Shown here: positions 52,391 to 64,000 of the stretch, one piece after another
How positions within the stretch are numbered: the first letter of the stretch is position 1
Layout: the number at the start of each line of letters is the position of its first letter
DNA from: Eremomyces bilateralis CBS 781.70
Taxonomy: Eukaryota
Assembly: GCA_010015585.1 (NCBI GenBank)
Contig: ML975151.1
Direction: 5' to 3' (one strand)
DNA length: 64,000 nucleotides
Program-made: the position numbers and the translations under genes
The notes under the pieces: generated by a model
Seen by the model: only the letters and a program-made list of their open reading frames with translations
What the model was told of the DNA's origin: nothing
Database searches by the model: none

Positions 52391-54192
52391 TCAAGGAGGA
52401 GGATATATGCACTTAGGGTGTAATTCCTTCAATGTGTCCAATTTCCTTTGCAAGATTTGTCTTTGAATTGGCTTGGTGTTCGGGAAGGTAAACAGAAACC
52501 GAGTGAGAAAGAGGAAGTCATCGAGTCTTTGGTCGGACTCCTGATGCGTCGGGGCAGGGACATGGATAATCACGTCCGCAATTGTATCGCAGATCTCGAA
52601 TAGCTTGCGGAATATTCCCGTGCCGTGAATACCGATGGCCTTGGGATCCATGCTGGACACGAATATGCGCAGCTGTTGACTGAGCATCACTGGCATTTCT
52701 AGGCTCATATAGCTTCGGGAAGGCTCCGGGGAAAGACTGAGCAAACATTTGCTCATGGCTAACTGCCACAATAGGGTTCTAAGCCACTGTCGCGTAATTA
52801 TGAGGTCGGCTTGCTGCATTGGACTGAGAACATGGCTATCGCGTTCGGAATCGCGCAAGTCGTCATCCAACTCCCGGTGCTTTTGGTCAAACCATACTCC
52901 ATTGACGATGGAGCGCGAGTCTTGCCAGTATCGGAGGAAGTCGGAATCCAAGAGCCGGAATATCTTGATGATTTGAATGAAGCCTTCATTTACACCCTGA
53001 GGTAGAGAGCTATCATATTCTGGAAGATTCCGAAGCTCGGTGAGCACCGTGGGACGGTAGTCAACTGCCGCATGATCAGTAAATCTTCTCTTGTGAGCCA
53101 TGTCGTTCTATTCTGTCGATACTCTTTTCCTGCCCACACCACTTTAAGCAGATTTTTGCTATAAAGGTGATCCCCGATGTAGAGTGTACCAATGCATGGT
53201 CTTCTTTCATTGCCCTGAACCTTAAAATACATCAATATCTCATTTATGGGCGGACTACTCAACAATGGGACACTAATGAGAGGACTCTCACCTATTGCTA
53301 TGAATCGTTCGTGGATAAAGACCTCCCAATACAATCTTTGTTTCCTTGCTCTTTCTGACAAACTCATTTTCGCCACAATATCATCATTCTCAATGCGCAT
53401 CATATGTAACAGCGTTGCGGCTTCTCGCTGGTAGAAGAATGCAAGGTCCATCTTCTGAACACTTAGGAGGCAGATCTCCAAGAAAATGCACGTGAGTACC
53501 TTGTGGACTGTTGCATGATGGTCCAGTTCCATTGGAGGTTTGATCCTGATAGCATGGTTAACCAGAGCAACAATCCTCTCTGACACGGCCGGAGACTCGT
53601 CCAAAGGAGATCTTTGAGCAAGATTGATTGTGACAGCAGCATACGCATGACAGAATGCAGCATATTCACGACTTGTGCTCATCTTCGCGATTGTATCCCG
53701 CACTTCAGGTTCCGACAATATTGGATGGACAGGATATACTGCGGTCAGGTAGTCGGGGACCAGACCGAAGAAGAAGGGGGTGTCCCATTGTGTACATGGT
53801 GCTAATGGAGCGACTGCGGTTTGTGAATGCGTCGAAGGAGAATGGGCTGAAGGGTCCGAGGATGAAGTTGATGGCACAGTCGATGGTGTGAATGCAGCCG
53901 ATGCAGGACTAACCGGACTCGCCGACGCTGCTTTCAGAATGGTAGAGGTAGCCGGCTGTAATGAAGGGGACGTTTGTTGGATGCTGGTCTCTTGCTTGTA
54001 TGCGCTGATCACACTGCCCCTTCGCAGAGTCTTTGATCGCGGCTTTGCTTTGATGTCGGAGTATATGCATTTGAGGTTCAGATGAGAGCATTGTTGGCAT
54101 CTCTCTACGTCTCCATTGCATTTAACTTTACGAAGCTTGCAGGCGTTACATGCGCGCGCAACGCGATGCGGTTTCGCAGTTAATTCATCCAT
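52391..54192 (-). CDS. Zn(II)2Cys6 transcription factor (AmyR/MalR-like middle region)
   Basis: ACNACKLRKVKCNGDVERCQQCSHLNLKC, then RLYWEVFIHER, QQADLIITRQWLRTLLW and IHGTGIFRKLFEI. Intron ~53291-53066. Confidence 0.9.
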
Positions 54193-54633
54193 TGTGCGCA
54201 AGCCGTCCCCCTTCGATGGCCTGAGGCTTCATTCCGTAAATGCCCACCGAGAATGGGATCGAATTTATAAAACACCTATGACATGGTGGCATTAAAACGT
54301 CAAAACTTTGTGTAAACGATAGTATGATCGCCTCAGTAATTAACTCAGAGCAGTTAGGTTGTAATTTGTATCGTACAGAAGTCGAGGGGCTGGAGTCGAG
54401 TGGAGAAATGAGTTGGCGCAGAGTGCTCCGCCCTGTCCGATCACCATGCATGTTGTGATCAAAGCTCAGAGCTTCGTGTAACCACCATTCTCGGATCTCG
54501 AGAGTTTCCTACTCGGACATCGAACGTGCTATACAATTGAAGCATGGTGTCATTAACTCCCGCTTGATCGTGAACCGGATTTTAATGTCCATGGCATCGG
54601 ACACCTACCTCCCTCTTGCGGGTCACATCCGAG

Positions 54634-56247
54634 ATGCGACTCCTGCATACCCATTCGCTCGAGATTCACTTCTTCCCCGCATCCATTCCTGCATATGCGA
54701 TCCTATCACATACCTGGGAGCAGGATGAAGTTACATTCCAGGAGGCGCTTTGTCCAGATGGCCCAGTGAAGAGCAAATTAGGCTACGAGAAGCTGCAGAA
54801 GGCAGCGGACCTTGCAGCGCAAGATGGCTTCGAATACATCTGGATCGACACTTGTTGCATCGACAAGACATCCAGCTCTGAGCTCTCCGAAGCCATCAAC
54901 TCCATGTATCGATGGTATCAGAAATCGAGCGTTTGCTATGCGTTCCTCTCAGATGTTCAGTATTGCGCGAGCTCGAATACCCTGGTTCAACCAGACATCC
55001 GTAACAGCAAATGGTTTCTCCGCGGTTGGACTTTGCAAGAATTGATCGCACCTTCGACTCTTGTATTCTATTCTAGAGAATGGAAAGAGATTGGGACCAA
55101 ATCTAGTCTGAGAGCTACCATTTCTCAAATAACTGGGATACCGGAACCTGTGCTGCTTGGGGAGAAAATAGGAAATTATAGCGTCGCGCAACGCATGTCC
55201 TGGGCATCCAGAAGACGGACCACCAGGGTCGAGGATATCGCATATTGCCTCATGGGTATCTTTGGCATTACTATGCCTATGCTCTATGGCGAGGGTACGC
55301 GGTCCTTTCGTCGGTTGCAGGAAGAGATAATGCGCCAAAGTGATGATCAGTCCATTTTCGCGTGGCGACGCGATGTCTTGACCGCACAATATTATTCCGG
55401 AAGTGGGGTTCTCGCACATGCACCCGTTCAATTCGAAGGGTCCGGTACGATTGCGCGAGGGAGTGCAATGTACCAAGATCTAAAAAAGCGGGTGACGTTC
55501 GAATCCACTAACAAAGGCCTAAAGCTTTGTCTACCTTGCTACAAACGTAGCGCACCGGGGATTCCTGATGATATACCTACATACTTGGCCGTCTTGGATT
55601 GTCACGACGAGAACAAGGACCATCGTCTAGCACTAGGAATCTGGATCATCTTGAATGAGCCCCCGGAGCAGTTTGTTCGTAGCCTGCCAAACGAGCTGGT
55701 CTCTGTACCGCTGCCGAATTGGTGGAAACGGATGCCGAAAATCAAGCATATATATGTCCAACAACACGATATTCCAAGTTCTCAGGAACATGTGGAAGAC
55801 TTCAACCGCAGTAACCTGGAGTCGAATTCTTGCATTCTGCGGTGGGAGGGGCTTAGGAAAAGGGGATTTGTTGCGAGTACTCCATCTCGTGGACCGCTAT
55901 CTCACTCTGAGAGCGAATCCTTCCTCCTTCAGGATCCAATGATTACTTTCCAGAACGGCCAGGAAGTTGCGTTTGTTCTCATATTAGAGAACCACCGAGG
56001 TTCGCTTCAGGGGTCCATTCAACTGGCCGATAAGCGCCACCCAACTCGAGGTCTTGAATCCGTTTCAGACATGGTAAAGAAGGGTGGCGACGGGATAAGT
56101 GACCGTTTGACGTTGGCCCTTCCTAAGCCGAATCTTGAAATTGTTGTGAAGATCAAGAAGGAAATTGTGTGGCCTAATTTCATGGCCGCTACCGTTGTAT
56201 ATGTTGCAGCACGGGAGACTGAGGGCACTACAGAAAAAATTTCTTGA
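54634..56247 (+). CDS. HET (heterokaryon incompatibility) domain protein
   Basis: MRLL...YAILSHTW...E, YIWIDTCCIDKTSSSELSEAINSMYRWY, WFLRGWTLQELIAP and SVAQRMSWASRRRTTRVEDIAYCLMGIF. Confidence 0.93.
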   Translation: MRLLHTHSLEIHFFPASIPAYAILSHTWEQDEVTFQEALCPDGPVKSKLGYEKLQKAADLAAQDGFEYIWIDTCCIDKTSSSELSEAINSMYRWYQKSSVCYAFLSDVQYCASSNTLVQPDIRNSKWFLRGWTLQELIAPSTLVFYSREWKEIGTKSSLRATISQITGIPEPVLLGEKIGNYSVAQRMSWASRRRTTRVEDIAYCLMGIFGITMPMLYGEGTRSFRRLQEEIMRQSDDQSIFAWRRDVLTAQYYSGSGVLAHAPVQFEGSGTIARGSAMYQDLKKRVTFESTNKGLKLCLPCYKRSAPGIPDDIPTYLAVLDCHDENKDHRLALGIWIILNEPPEQFVRSLPNELVSVPLPNWWKRMPKIKHIYVQQHDIPSSQEHVEDFNRSNLESNSCILRWEGLRKRGFVASTPSRGPLSHSESESFLLQDPMITFQNGQEVAFVLILENHRGSLQGSIQLADKRHPTRGLESVSDMVKKGGDGISDRLTLALPKPNLEIVVKIKKEIVWPNFMAATVVYVAARETEGTTEKIS

Positions 56248-56597
56248 ATTCATCACTTCCGCGTCTGCGGAAAGCACATGCAAGATTTAACACGGAGAGA
56301 CGCATGCAATTGATGGATAGCTGCATGATGACTGATTACGAGGACTTGCTGCTAAGTTGAAAAAAAGACCATGCTTTAGATGTTAAAATACATTCCAATA
56401 AAGGAGAGACATGAGCCGCAATAAGCCTTGAAAGATAGAGTGGTGCTCGAGATCGTGCAATCAAGTCCCCGACAATTGATCCGCTCGAACCTCGCCATAC
56501 GACTACATGTGAAGTGGAGTAAGCAACGCATGAGCGGCTTGGAGAGCACTTTCTGTATCGTTGGATTTGCCCAATAAGGACGAATCTCGACAGACGC

Positions 56598-57215
56598 TTA
56601 AGAAGGCCGAGTAGCCGGTCTCATATTTGCCCTCACCCGCTCGATGAGTTCCTCGCGAGAGGCTTTGTCATTGGGCTTTAGGTTTCTCTGTTGCAGACGA
56701 TTAAAATCCGAGTTCAATTATGCCAATTAAGACACATACGTTGTTTAACCATCTCTTAAGATCCGTTTCGGTCCAATCATTGGGGTCTGTGTTTCTCCAC
56801 GTTAGAAAGCGATCTCGTCAATTGCGCGAGAGGATTGAGGCACTTGGGCTTGGGGAGACCGATTCATGAAGCCAGACACCCCCGAGAGTGCCAAGAAACG
56901 TGAATACTGCTATAGCAGGATATCCTTTCAGCCATTCAGGAATGGCAGGGAACCCACCGCCCGTTGGATCCGATTCGGGTGGGAAGATACTCGATCCACC
57001 CAAGATCGTGAAAGCTGCCACAGCTGTGATGATGCCCGAAAAAGCTATGAGAGTAAGTCGGTAACCCTTGTAAGTGGACTTGGAAGATCGCCACTCACTC
57101 AACAGAGCACCCTAGGACGCGATATGTAAGTTTAGGTCTTGCAGAGAGGTTGGAGTTTAGATGGATATAGGAAACATACTCGAGATTGCAATGCGCGGTC
57201 AAGAAGCGTCGGCAT
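56598..57215 (-). CDS. Small conserved fungal single-TM protein (4 short exons)
   Basis: Exons read MPTLLDRALQSR | LIAFSGIITAVAAFTILGGSSIFPPESDPTG | DPNDWTETDLKRWLNN | RNLKPNDKASREELIERVRANMRPATRPS*, with GT-AG borders. The exon 2 acceptor is uncertain. Confidence 0.7.
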
Positions 57216-57640
57216 GATTAGTGTTGGACAGAAGAGCTCCTCCGTAATATTCAAATGTGTTGAAAGAATAGCCCAGCGAGATGTTTAAGATGCGTCGTTA
57301 ACTCGTTATTTACTATCGGATGAGGACAGACTGTCCTTTTGATGGTTTAGTGCTCTGAATGGCGAAAGATGTATGAGAGGGAGAGAGTGCGTCGTCATGC
57401 TCCGGTACGTACCTGTACCAAACCAGTATGGGAACGAGAGAAGAGGAATTCGAAGATCTTATCAGATCATCATAATCCCTGTCATTTCGGATCGCTGTCC
57501 CACACTGCGCCACACTTCGGTTCCAATTCGCAATTCGTCAATCCATCCAAGCGATTTTCACCACACAAACCTCCACCTCACCACCTTCATAAGCGTCGCA
57601 ATTGATCACATACCTTCTCACATCTCCAACCGTGGTCAAA

Positions 57641-58031
57641 ATGCCGTCCGAAGTCTCAGATATCAAGCAGTTCCTGGAGATTTGCCAGCGCAAGGATGCC
57701 AAAGGTTGGTCGCCCTCCATCTCCACCTTTTTCATGCCGACGAGGACGATTAATAACATTATGGAATCACAGTTGCGCGGGTAAAGAAGAACACGAAGAG
57801 CAATCAAATCAAATTCAAGGTCCGATGCCAGCGATACCTCTACACCCTCTCCATGAAGGACGATGAGAAGGCCGAGAAGCTGAAGAAGAGCCTGCCCCCA
57901 AGTACGAACCACCCCCGAGTTCCATATCGAACCAACCCCTTGCACCGTCAACCCGTAGATACTAATAGGAATCCTCCACAGGTTTCGATGTCATCGATGT
58001 CCCCGCGGACAAGAAGAAGAGCAAGAAATAG
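57641..58031 (+). CDS. RPL38: 60S ribosomal protein L38 (eL38)
   Basis: [21 protein letters not shown]|..RVKKN...[14 protein letters not shown]...[11 protein letters not shown], two introns. Confidence 0.95.
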
Positions 58032-58440
58032 GCGTGCTACATTTCCGATGAACGAATCATGGACGTCAAGGGCGTGCTGAGACGGAGGAATGCGGATCAT
58101 GGAGTTATGGTTCCTATCATGGCTTGGCCTGGATGTTCAATACATAATGAGCATTCCCTTGTAGTTAAAGGTCAAAACGGAACGGATTATACCAACTAGC
58201 ATTTGTCATGTCAAAAGCCGTCCAATCCTGGTCAATACGCAATACAATGTGTGTGATATCCCTGTGAAGCTTCGACCATGATTTGACCTCTTCCCCTCGT
58301 TCACTTCTTGTCTAAGTCAATATATATCATCTTGACTAGAAGAATCGTCGCTATCTCCTGGAAGCACAATGAGGTATATATGATCACTGATCCGCTTCAG
58401 GGCTTGACCGACTGGTCGTCCAACTCATCCCCTTCCCATA

Positions 58441-59117
58441 TCATCTTGTCGACTTGTCCGCCGCCTCCTTAATCTTCTCTGCAGCAGCATGTATCGGTTG
58501 AGCTGCCTGATCTTTCATAGTCTGCTCCCGACCACCCATACTGAGTTCATGTGTTAGCCCAATCCCTTCCGCATTGTGGTTCGAGTGACTCACTGCCAAT
58601 AGTTGTAGTATCGGAATCCTTGGAAGGCTTGTGAGGTGAAATTGATGACATGACAGCCGAACAGAAGGTAATTCTTCGGCTGCACTGCCATCGCATATCT
58701 CGCGAAAACGGCAGAGTATATTGTGAGGGCAACCGTCATTCTCCCAGAGATACTATAAATTCGGCCTGTTAGCGTCCTGCTGAGTACAACCAGTGTTGAT
58801 CGGATTATCCGATTCCAATCTGCTATGGCAAATGGTGGAGGAGTGTTGCGATAGGTCGAACGTACATCTCGGGATCTTTCTTGAAGTCGACAATGGCTGC
58901 TAGAGGGATACCGAAGTTGGAAGCGGGGCCCCAGAAATCTATCACAGGCCTCAGTTAGCTTTCCGTGTCAATTGGTATACTCTCCGATCTTAGTGAATGC
59001 CTCAACGGCGACAGAGAGATGCCCAATGACTCGACACTTACGGGTTGAGCAGACATAGTCAAGATATGGATTGGATCGTATCCGCGAATTCAGCACTTTG
59101 ACTGCTGCCATCGCCAT
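58441..59117 (-). CDS. MPC1: Mitochondrial pyruvate carrier 1 (4 exons)
   Basis: MAAVKVLNSRIRSNPYLDYVCST|HFWGPASNFGIPLAAIVDFKKDPE|ISGRMTVALTIYSAVFARYAMAVQPKNYLLFGCHVIN. Not present in the ORF track. Confidence 0.92.
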
Positions 59118-59723
59118 GATTCCGAGCGGCCGAGAAGAAGGACGGTTTATGAAAGTCGTGCCGTTTCAACGGAGGAGTAATGGGGATTGAGGGCTGTTGG
59201 GGATCCGAATATCCAATTGATCAAGATGAATGCATACGGAGTCGGACTCTCTCTGGGTGCGGAACACCGGCAGGGATCGTAAGTCCGAGTCAGACAAGTC
59301 ACGTGCAGTTGATCTACCTACACGAAGTATTCCGTACCACCTAGGAAATGTACAGTATACGAGTTACGAGTGTGCAAAGATACGGAGGGAGAATACCGAG
59401 TAACTCAGTGCCTGATTTTATTCGCTAAATCAATGGTTTCCTTGTATACTCCACCCTTATGACCGATCCCCCTTTGCCGAGCCACTCTCCCATTGCCAAC
59501 TCAACCAGTAAAGGATGCACATCATCCAGCTGAGATGCAGTGTTCGATCAAGTGAAACTCCTGGATTTAGGCAGTGCACATACATTAGATAGTCGTAATG
59601 AAGGCCTGAAGAGCCGTTATGCACCCAAACAGGATAGTCTTCCATCGCATGGACATGGATCTTCGAGCCGGCGGGGCTCAGGTTTCTCTGAACTGCTATG
59701 AGATTGATTCCCAGCATTACCAA

Positions 59724-60634
59724 CTATCGTCCCATCCCAGGAGGGAATCCTCGGCCTTGACCAGGAGGCTGGAATCCTGGAGGTGGGAAGCCGGCTTGGA
59801 AAGTTAGCGGGGAACGAAAGAAAGATTGAGCGACACTTACGAGGACCGCCAGGACCGCCAGGACCGCCAGGACCACCAAAACCGGGCGGTGCAAATGCTG
59901 AGAGGGAGTGTCAGTAGATATTCGTACGGCAAATCCAAGGGGTTAAAACGTACGAGGAGCTCCCGGAGGCCCACCACGACCGGCAAAGCCTGGTGGCGGC
60001 CCAGGGAACGGTGATGCACCCGGTGGGAACCCAACAGGCGGGCCACCCAGCGCGGCAGGGCCTGTTAAGCCGACTGGCAACCCCCTCCCAGCCGGTTTGC
60101 TGATTCCGGGTCCCGCTGCCAACGTCGCGCCAGCGCCGGTAGGAACTCCGCCTCCCAATCGTGCTGAAGGGTCGGCGGGTGGCGGGCCTTCGACGGTAAG
60201 TGATATGACATTCGTTCCCCGTACAATGGTGAGACCCAATGCACGTTTTTCTTCTTGCTCGACAAGATCGGTGCTCGAGCCAGGCGCGGATTTCTGAGGC
60301 TTCCTTTTCACTCGTCGGAATTCTTCGGTGTCGGCCAGAACAAGGTTCATATGCTACTCAGTGTTAGCTGAGAGCAGGACGCGGCGTATACCTGACCGAA
60401 AGTCATACCTTGTCAAATGCGAGCATTTGACCCGCCAGTTGTCGTCCGTCATTAAGTGTTGCGCGCATCCGGTAGTTGATCTAAAATTGTGAGCGTTGGT
60501 CTAGGTGATGACTGAAAGTTCGGGGTAATTTACGTAGTTTTGCTACACGATATGATGTTAGTCTATATGTACAAATTGAAGTGCTAGATGAAGGGCTGCC
60601 TTACCATCCGCCCTTGGCGATTCGCAGATGCCAT
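59724..60634 (-). CDS. SMB1: Spliceosomal Sm protein B
   Basis: [40 protein letters not shown]...[21 protein letters not shown], followed by a G/P-rich tail with GRG repeats. Confidence 0.92.
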
Positions 60635-61034
60635 ATTGATTCGATATGCGCCCGAAGGCGGCTTGCGTAGTAGATTGTTTTAGAACACACGAGTGTGACG
60701 ATTTGAGGAGAGAGATAAAGTGCAGACAAAGCAGCTCTGATGTAATGCGCGATCGAGAAGGTGGTTGCAATGAATCCGATAGGCGCGGTCTGGTCGCTCT
60801 TGCTGGAGTGGATGTGAAGATGTGGATGAAGCTCCGAATTTCTGGCGGAGGTCCCCTGCAGCGTGCTAAACCCGATTGGGACGACCAAGCGAACCCGCAC
60901 CACCACACACTTTCGAACTTCTCACGTCTCTCACCTCAATCGAATCCTCCACCCACTCGACTTCCAATAATCCTCCCTCCACCATCACCACGCTGCCTAA
61001 AATCCCGGTCTTCGACGATCCGCAGTGATACGAA

Positions 61035-61744
61035 ATGGTAAGTCGACTCAACCGGTGCTCATGACCAATTCCAGTTGCTCACTCCCTCCGAACAGGCCGA
61101 AGACAAGTCCAGCAACCCCATGCGGGAGTTGCGCATCCAGAAACTCGTCCTCAACATCTCCGTCGGCGAATCTGGTGACAGATTGACCAGAGCTGCCAAA
61201 GTGCTTGAGCAGCTGAGCGGTCAAACCCCCGTCTACAGTATGCACCACTCTGACCGCGACACTGAAACTTAGAGATGGATGCTGACTCGCTGGCGCAGGC
61301 AAGGCACGATACACCGTCCGTACCTTCGGCATCCGGAGAAACGAGAAGATTGCCGTGCACGTCACCGTCCGTGGACCCAAGGCTGAGGAGATCCTCGAGC
61401 GTGGCCTCAAAGTCAAGGAATATGAGTTGAGGAAGCGCAACTTCTCCGAGACCGGCAACTTCGGCTTCGGCATCAGCGAACACATCGATCTGGGCATCAA
61501 GTATGACCCGTCCATCGGTATCTACGGCATGGATTTCTTCTGCTGCATGTATGTCGATTCTCCATTTTCCCGGCATTCGTCTGCCATATTTTCGGCGTGT
61601 GGCTAATGACATTGCAGGACCCGACCTGGCGAACGTGTTGCCAAGCGACGCCGCTGCAAGTCCCGAATCGGATCCAACCACCGCGTTGCCCGCACCGACA
61701 CCGTCAAGTGGTTCAAGAACCGATTCGAAGCCATTGTCCGATGA
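61035..61744 (+). CDS. RPL11: 60S ribosomal protein L11 (uL5)
   Basis: [50 protein letters not shown] and [26 protein letters not shown]. Three introns. Confidence 0.97.
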
Positions 61745-62711
61745 GCGAGCTCCTGAGCGCACGGGAAGGGAAGATGTTTTAAGGGCATCGCATGAATGGC
61801 GTAAGAGGATCGATATTCACGGATATTGTACGTTCGAATTATTGCGCGACCTTGCGGTCATGCCATGGCCTATCAAAAGGAGCATAACATAGCATACCAA
61901 AGATCAATGGAGGCTTCACGTTCGTGATTGACCGCTTAACCATTGACGTGTTGCTGTTATATCCCCGTCCACACTTTACTGGGTGCTCGCCCGGTGCCAT
62001 CGTGATATCGTGTACCTGATATAGCCTACCTGTTGCATCTTGAAAGTGCGAGTTGCGGCAATTCCGGGTACGGCTAAACCTGGATGCAAACTTGAACGTG
62101 ATGCTCGTACCTAGAGAGACGACTTTGATCTCTCTTCCATTTCTCTGGCTAATCCTAACGGTATGCACGTTGTGGGTATTCCTCAATATGATAGGTATGT
62201 TCATCAGCCGGATATACCTAAAGCCTGGATTAGACTCCGCTATTGCCACCGTCGTTCTCACTGGCATGATTTCCATAATTCCGCCTTTGAACCTGTGGAG
62301 CCCTGCCCTTCTACGGAGTGTACGCCGTACACCCCTTTCATGAAAATGTAGTCTAAATGTAGACACTTCGCGTTTAACATGAAAAACGAGTATGGGAATA
62401 TACAGGTATTCGATTTGATCCATAGTGTAAGAGATCCTCGTAGACCTAGCCCGTCGTATCAAATCTTCGCTCAACCAAATCATCATAACGGCATATCCAT
62501 ATCCAGATTCGCTCATAGTGGACAGATGTAACATAGTAAATCAAAGTCGCCCATTTCCAATAAAATCGCTCACAGACCACTCCTACGCCAGGATCCAGTC
62601 GCACCGGACGATCCAAAGTTTTGCCAACCCACCCATTCTGTGCCTAGATACCCAAAGACGCCTGCAAAATGCTAAACGATACAACCAAGACTGCCAAGTA
62701 TGAGGCTTGCG

Positions 62712-63920
62712 TCACGAATCTTGCACCCGATCGCCTCTACCGCCTCCTGGTGCACCTGTCTGGAGTTGTGGCACTCGACTCAGCGTCTCGTATTCACCTT
62801 CTTCGTCCACGCTCTGAAGTGTCGAAGGCTGGGGATGTGGTAACCCGACGGTCGATGGTAAAGGGTGTGGAGACGTGAGGTGCATTGGGGATAGAGATCG
62901 CTGTTCTTGGTTGTAGGCAGAATTCGGGGGAGAGGGTGAAGACGGCATCGCCGGAGTGCCGTTTAGGATATTCGGGGTATGTCTTGGGTTCGTATTCCCC
63001 GAGGATGGGAGCGGTTCGTGATGTAAAGAGTCCGTAGTTGGTAGAGGCGGCGTGGAAGGATGGATAGGAATAGCAGGGGTTTGAGAACCATGTTCGACTG
63101 CATCAGCTGGTGACGGGCCGTTTGGATTTCCGGATTCCGTGGTAGGGAGGGGTGGTTGAATAGTCTCCGGGCTCCATGCGCGACTCCCTTTTGGCTGTAC
63201 CGGTATAATCATGACCGGAAGGAGCATATTATCTTGTCTTCGGTCTCTGCGGTCTCGTAGCTTCTCGCCCTGCTCGGCAGCAAACGCTCCAAGTCTCCCT
63301 TTTACGTCCCAGACGGAATAGTTGTGACTTGGGACTGCTAGCCGAGGAGCCGGAATCTCTTTGCTCAACTGAATGGGATCAATCACCTGTCCAGTTGCGA
63401 TCTCAGCAGGTGGAAGGTTACGTTTCCGCCTGAACGCTTCTGTAACAATCTGCCACCCACTGCGGTTTTGCGGGCGGTGAGGGGACTGATCGACGCCCTC
63501 TTGCGGCTCAACGTGCGCCTTTTCAAGGTCGCCCTCTTCAGGGTCAGGGAAAGATTGGCTTGTGGAGGGGTGAACCGGTGGTCTTGAGGGGTTTAGTGGG
63601 CGGTGACGATCCAGGGGTGAGATAGTATGGTATCGAACTGCGTAGACTGTGCTTGCAGCGCTCGTCGCGTCTGAGCGACTGACAGGCGATGCAGATGTTT
63701 GAGGCGGCAGCGTCTCTGTTTGGTCAGTTCTAGGAACTCGAGTACGAGCCGGAACGGCGGGGTTGTATGATTCTTTAGGTGGGGTGATTTGGGTCGCATC
63801 TTCTGATGAACTGTTTGCGGGTGGTGAAATGTGCGGCCAGAAAGAAGGTCTCCTAAATCTGTGAGAAAGTTCATTCCACTGGCCAAATCGATTTCTAGAG
63901 GCCCCGGTGGAGGAAGCCAT
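62712..63920 (-). CDS. Hypothetical Pro/Ser-rich, largely disordered protein
   Basis: 402-aa uninterrupted ORF with no recognisable domain. Confidence 0.5.
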   Translation of the reverse strand: MASSTGASRNRFGQWNELSHRFRRPSFWPHISPPANSSSEDATQITPPKESYNPAVPARTRVPRTDQTETLPPQTSASPVSRSDATSAASTVYAVRYHTISPLDRHRPLNPSRPPVHPSTSQSFPDPEEGDLEKAHVEPQEGVDQSPHRPQNRSGWQIVTEAFRRKRNLPPAEIATGQVIDPIQLSKEIPAPRLAVPSHNYSVWDVKGRLGAFAAEQGEKLRDRRDRRQDNMLLPVMIIPVQPKGSRAWSPETIQPPLPTTESGNPNGPSPADAVEHGSQTPAIPIHPSTPPLPTTDSLHHEPLPSSGNTNPRHTPNILNGTPAMPSSPSPPNSAYNQEQRSLSPMHLTSPHPLPSTVGLPHPQPSTLQSVDEEGEYETLSRVPQLQTGAPGGGRGDRVQDS

Positions 63921-64000
63921 TCTCGAGCCACCGTTCCCTCCATTCTTCTTCTTCGATTCTGCTCGTTCGTATCGATTTTGCGGCCAGTTTATTTCTTCGG

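Noticed and set aside
59840..59878. 9-bp tandem repeat (aggaccgcc)x3-4
   Set aside because: It encodes the ordinary GPG low-complexity tail of SmB.
61839..62534. 231-aa minus-strand ORF downstream of RPL11
   Set aside because: No recognisable domain or splice support, and it overlaps the RPL11 3' region. It cannot be supported as a gene.

Overview
Intron-containing, gene-dense DNA from a filamentous ascomycete (Pezizomycotina-like). Two mostly housekeeping blocks flank an accessory island of about 27 kb (~29.8-56.5 kb). The left block holds ATG10, U1A/U2B'', ARPC1, an MFS transporter, GGT, MRI1, an Rrn10-like gene, MND1, HEL2, a lysine methyltransferase, ODC and ATG5. The right block holds RPL38, MPC1, SmB and RPL11. 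The island centres on a candidate fungal RiPP (dikaritin-type) cluster: a secreted Kex2-repeat precursor with five DGDDAVVY(A/S)WK(V/I)P units (43513-43992) and two DUF3328/UstYa oxidases. Beside these sit an O-methyltransferase, an extended SDR, a BBE-like flavoprotein and a Pth11-like receptor. I do not recognise the Tyr-x-Trp core among the characterised dikaritins I know. Other points of interest are an AUG-free ODC leader containing a non-AUG uORF that ends Pro-Pro-stop, a secreted Cys-rich tandem-repeat protein spanning the assembly gap, and a frameshifted SDR pseudogene. Exon boundaries were inferred by eye and no database searches were run.
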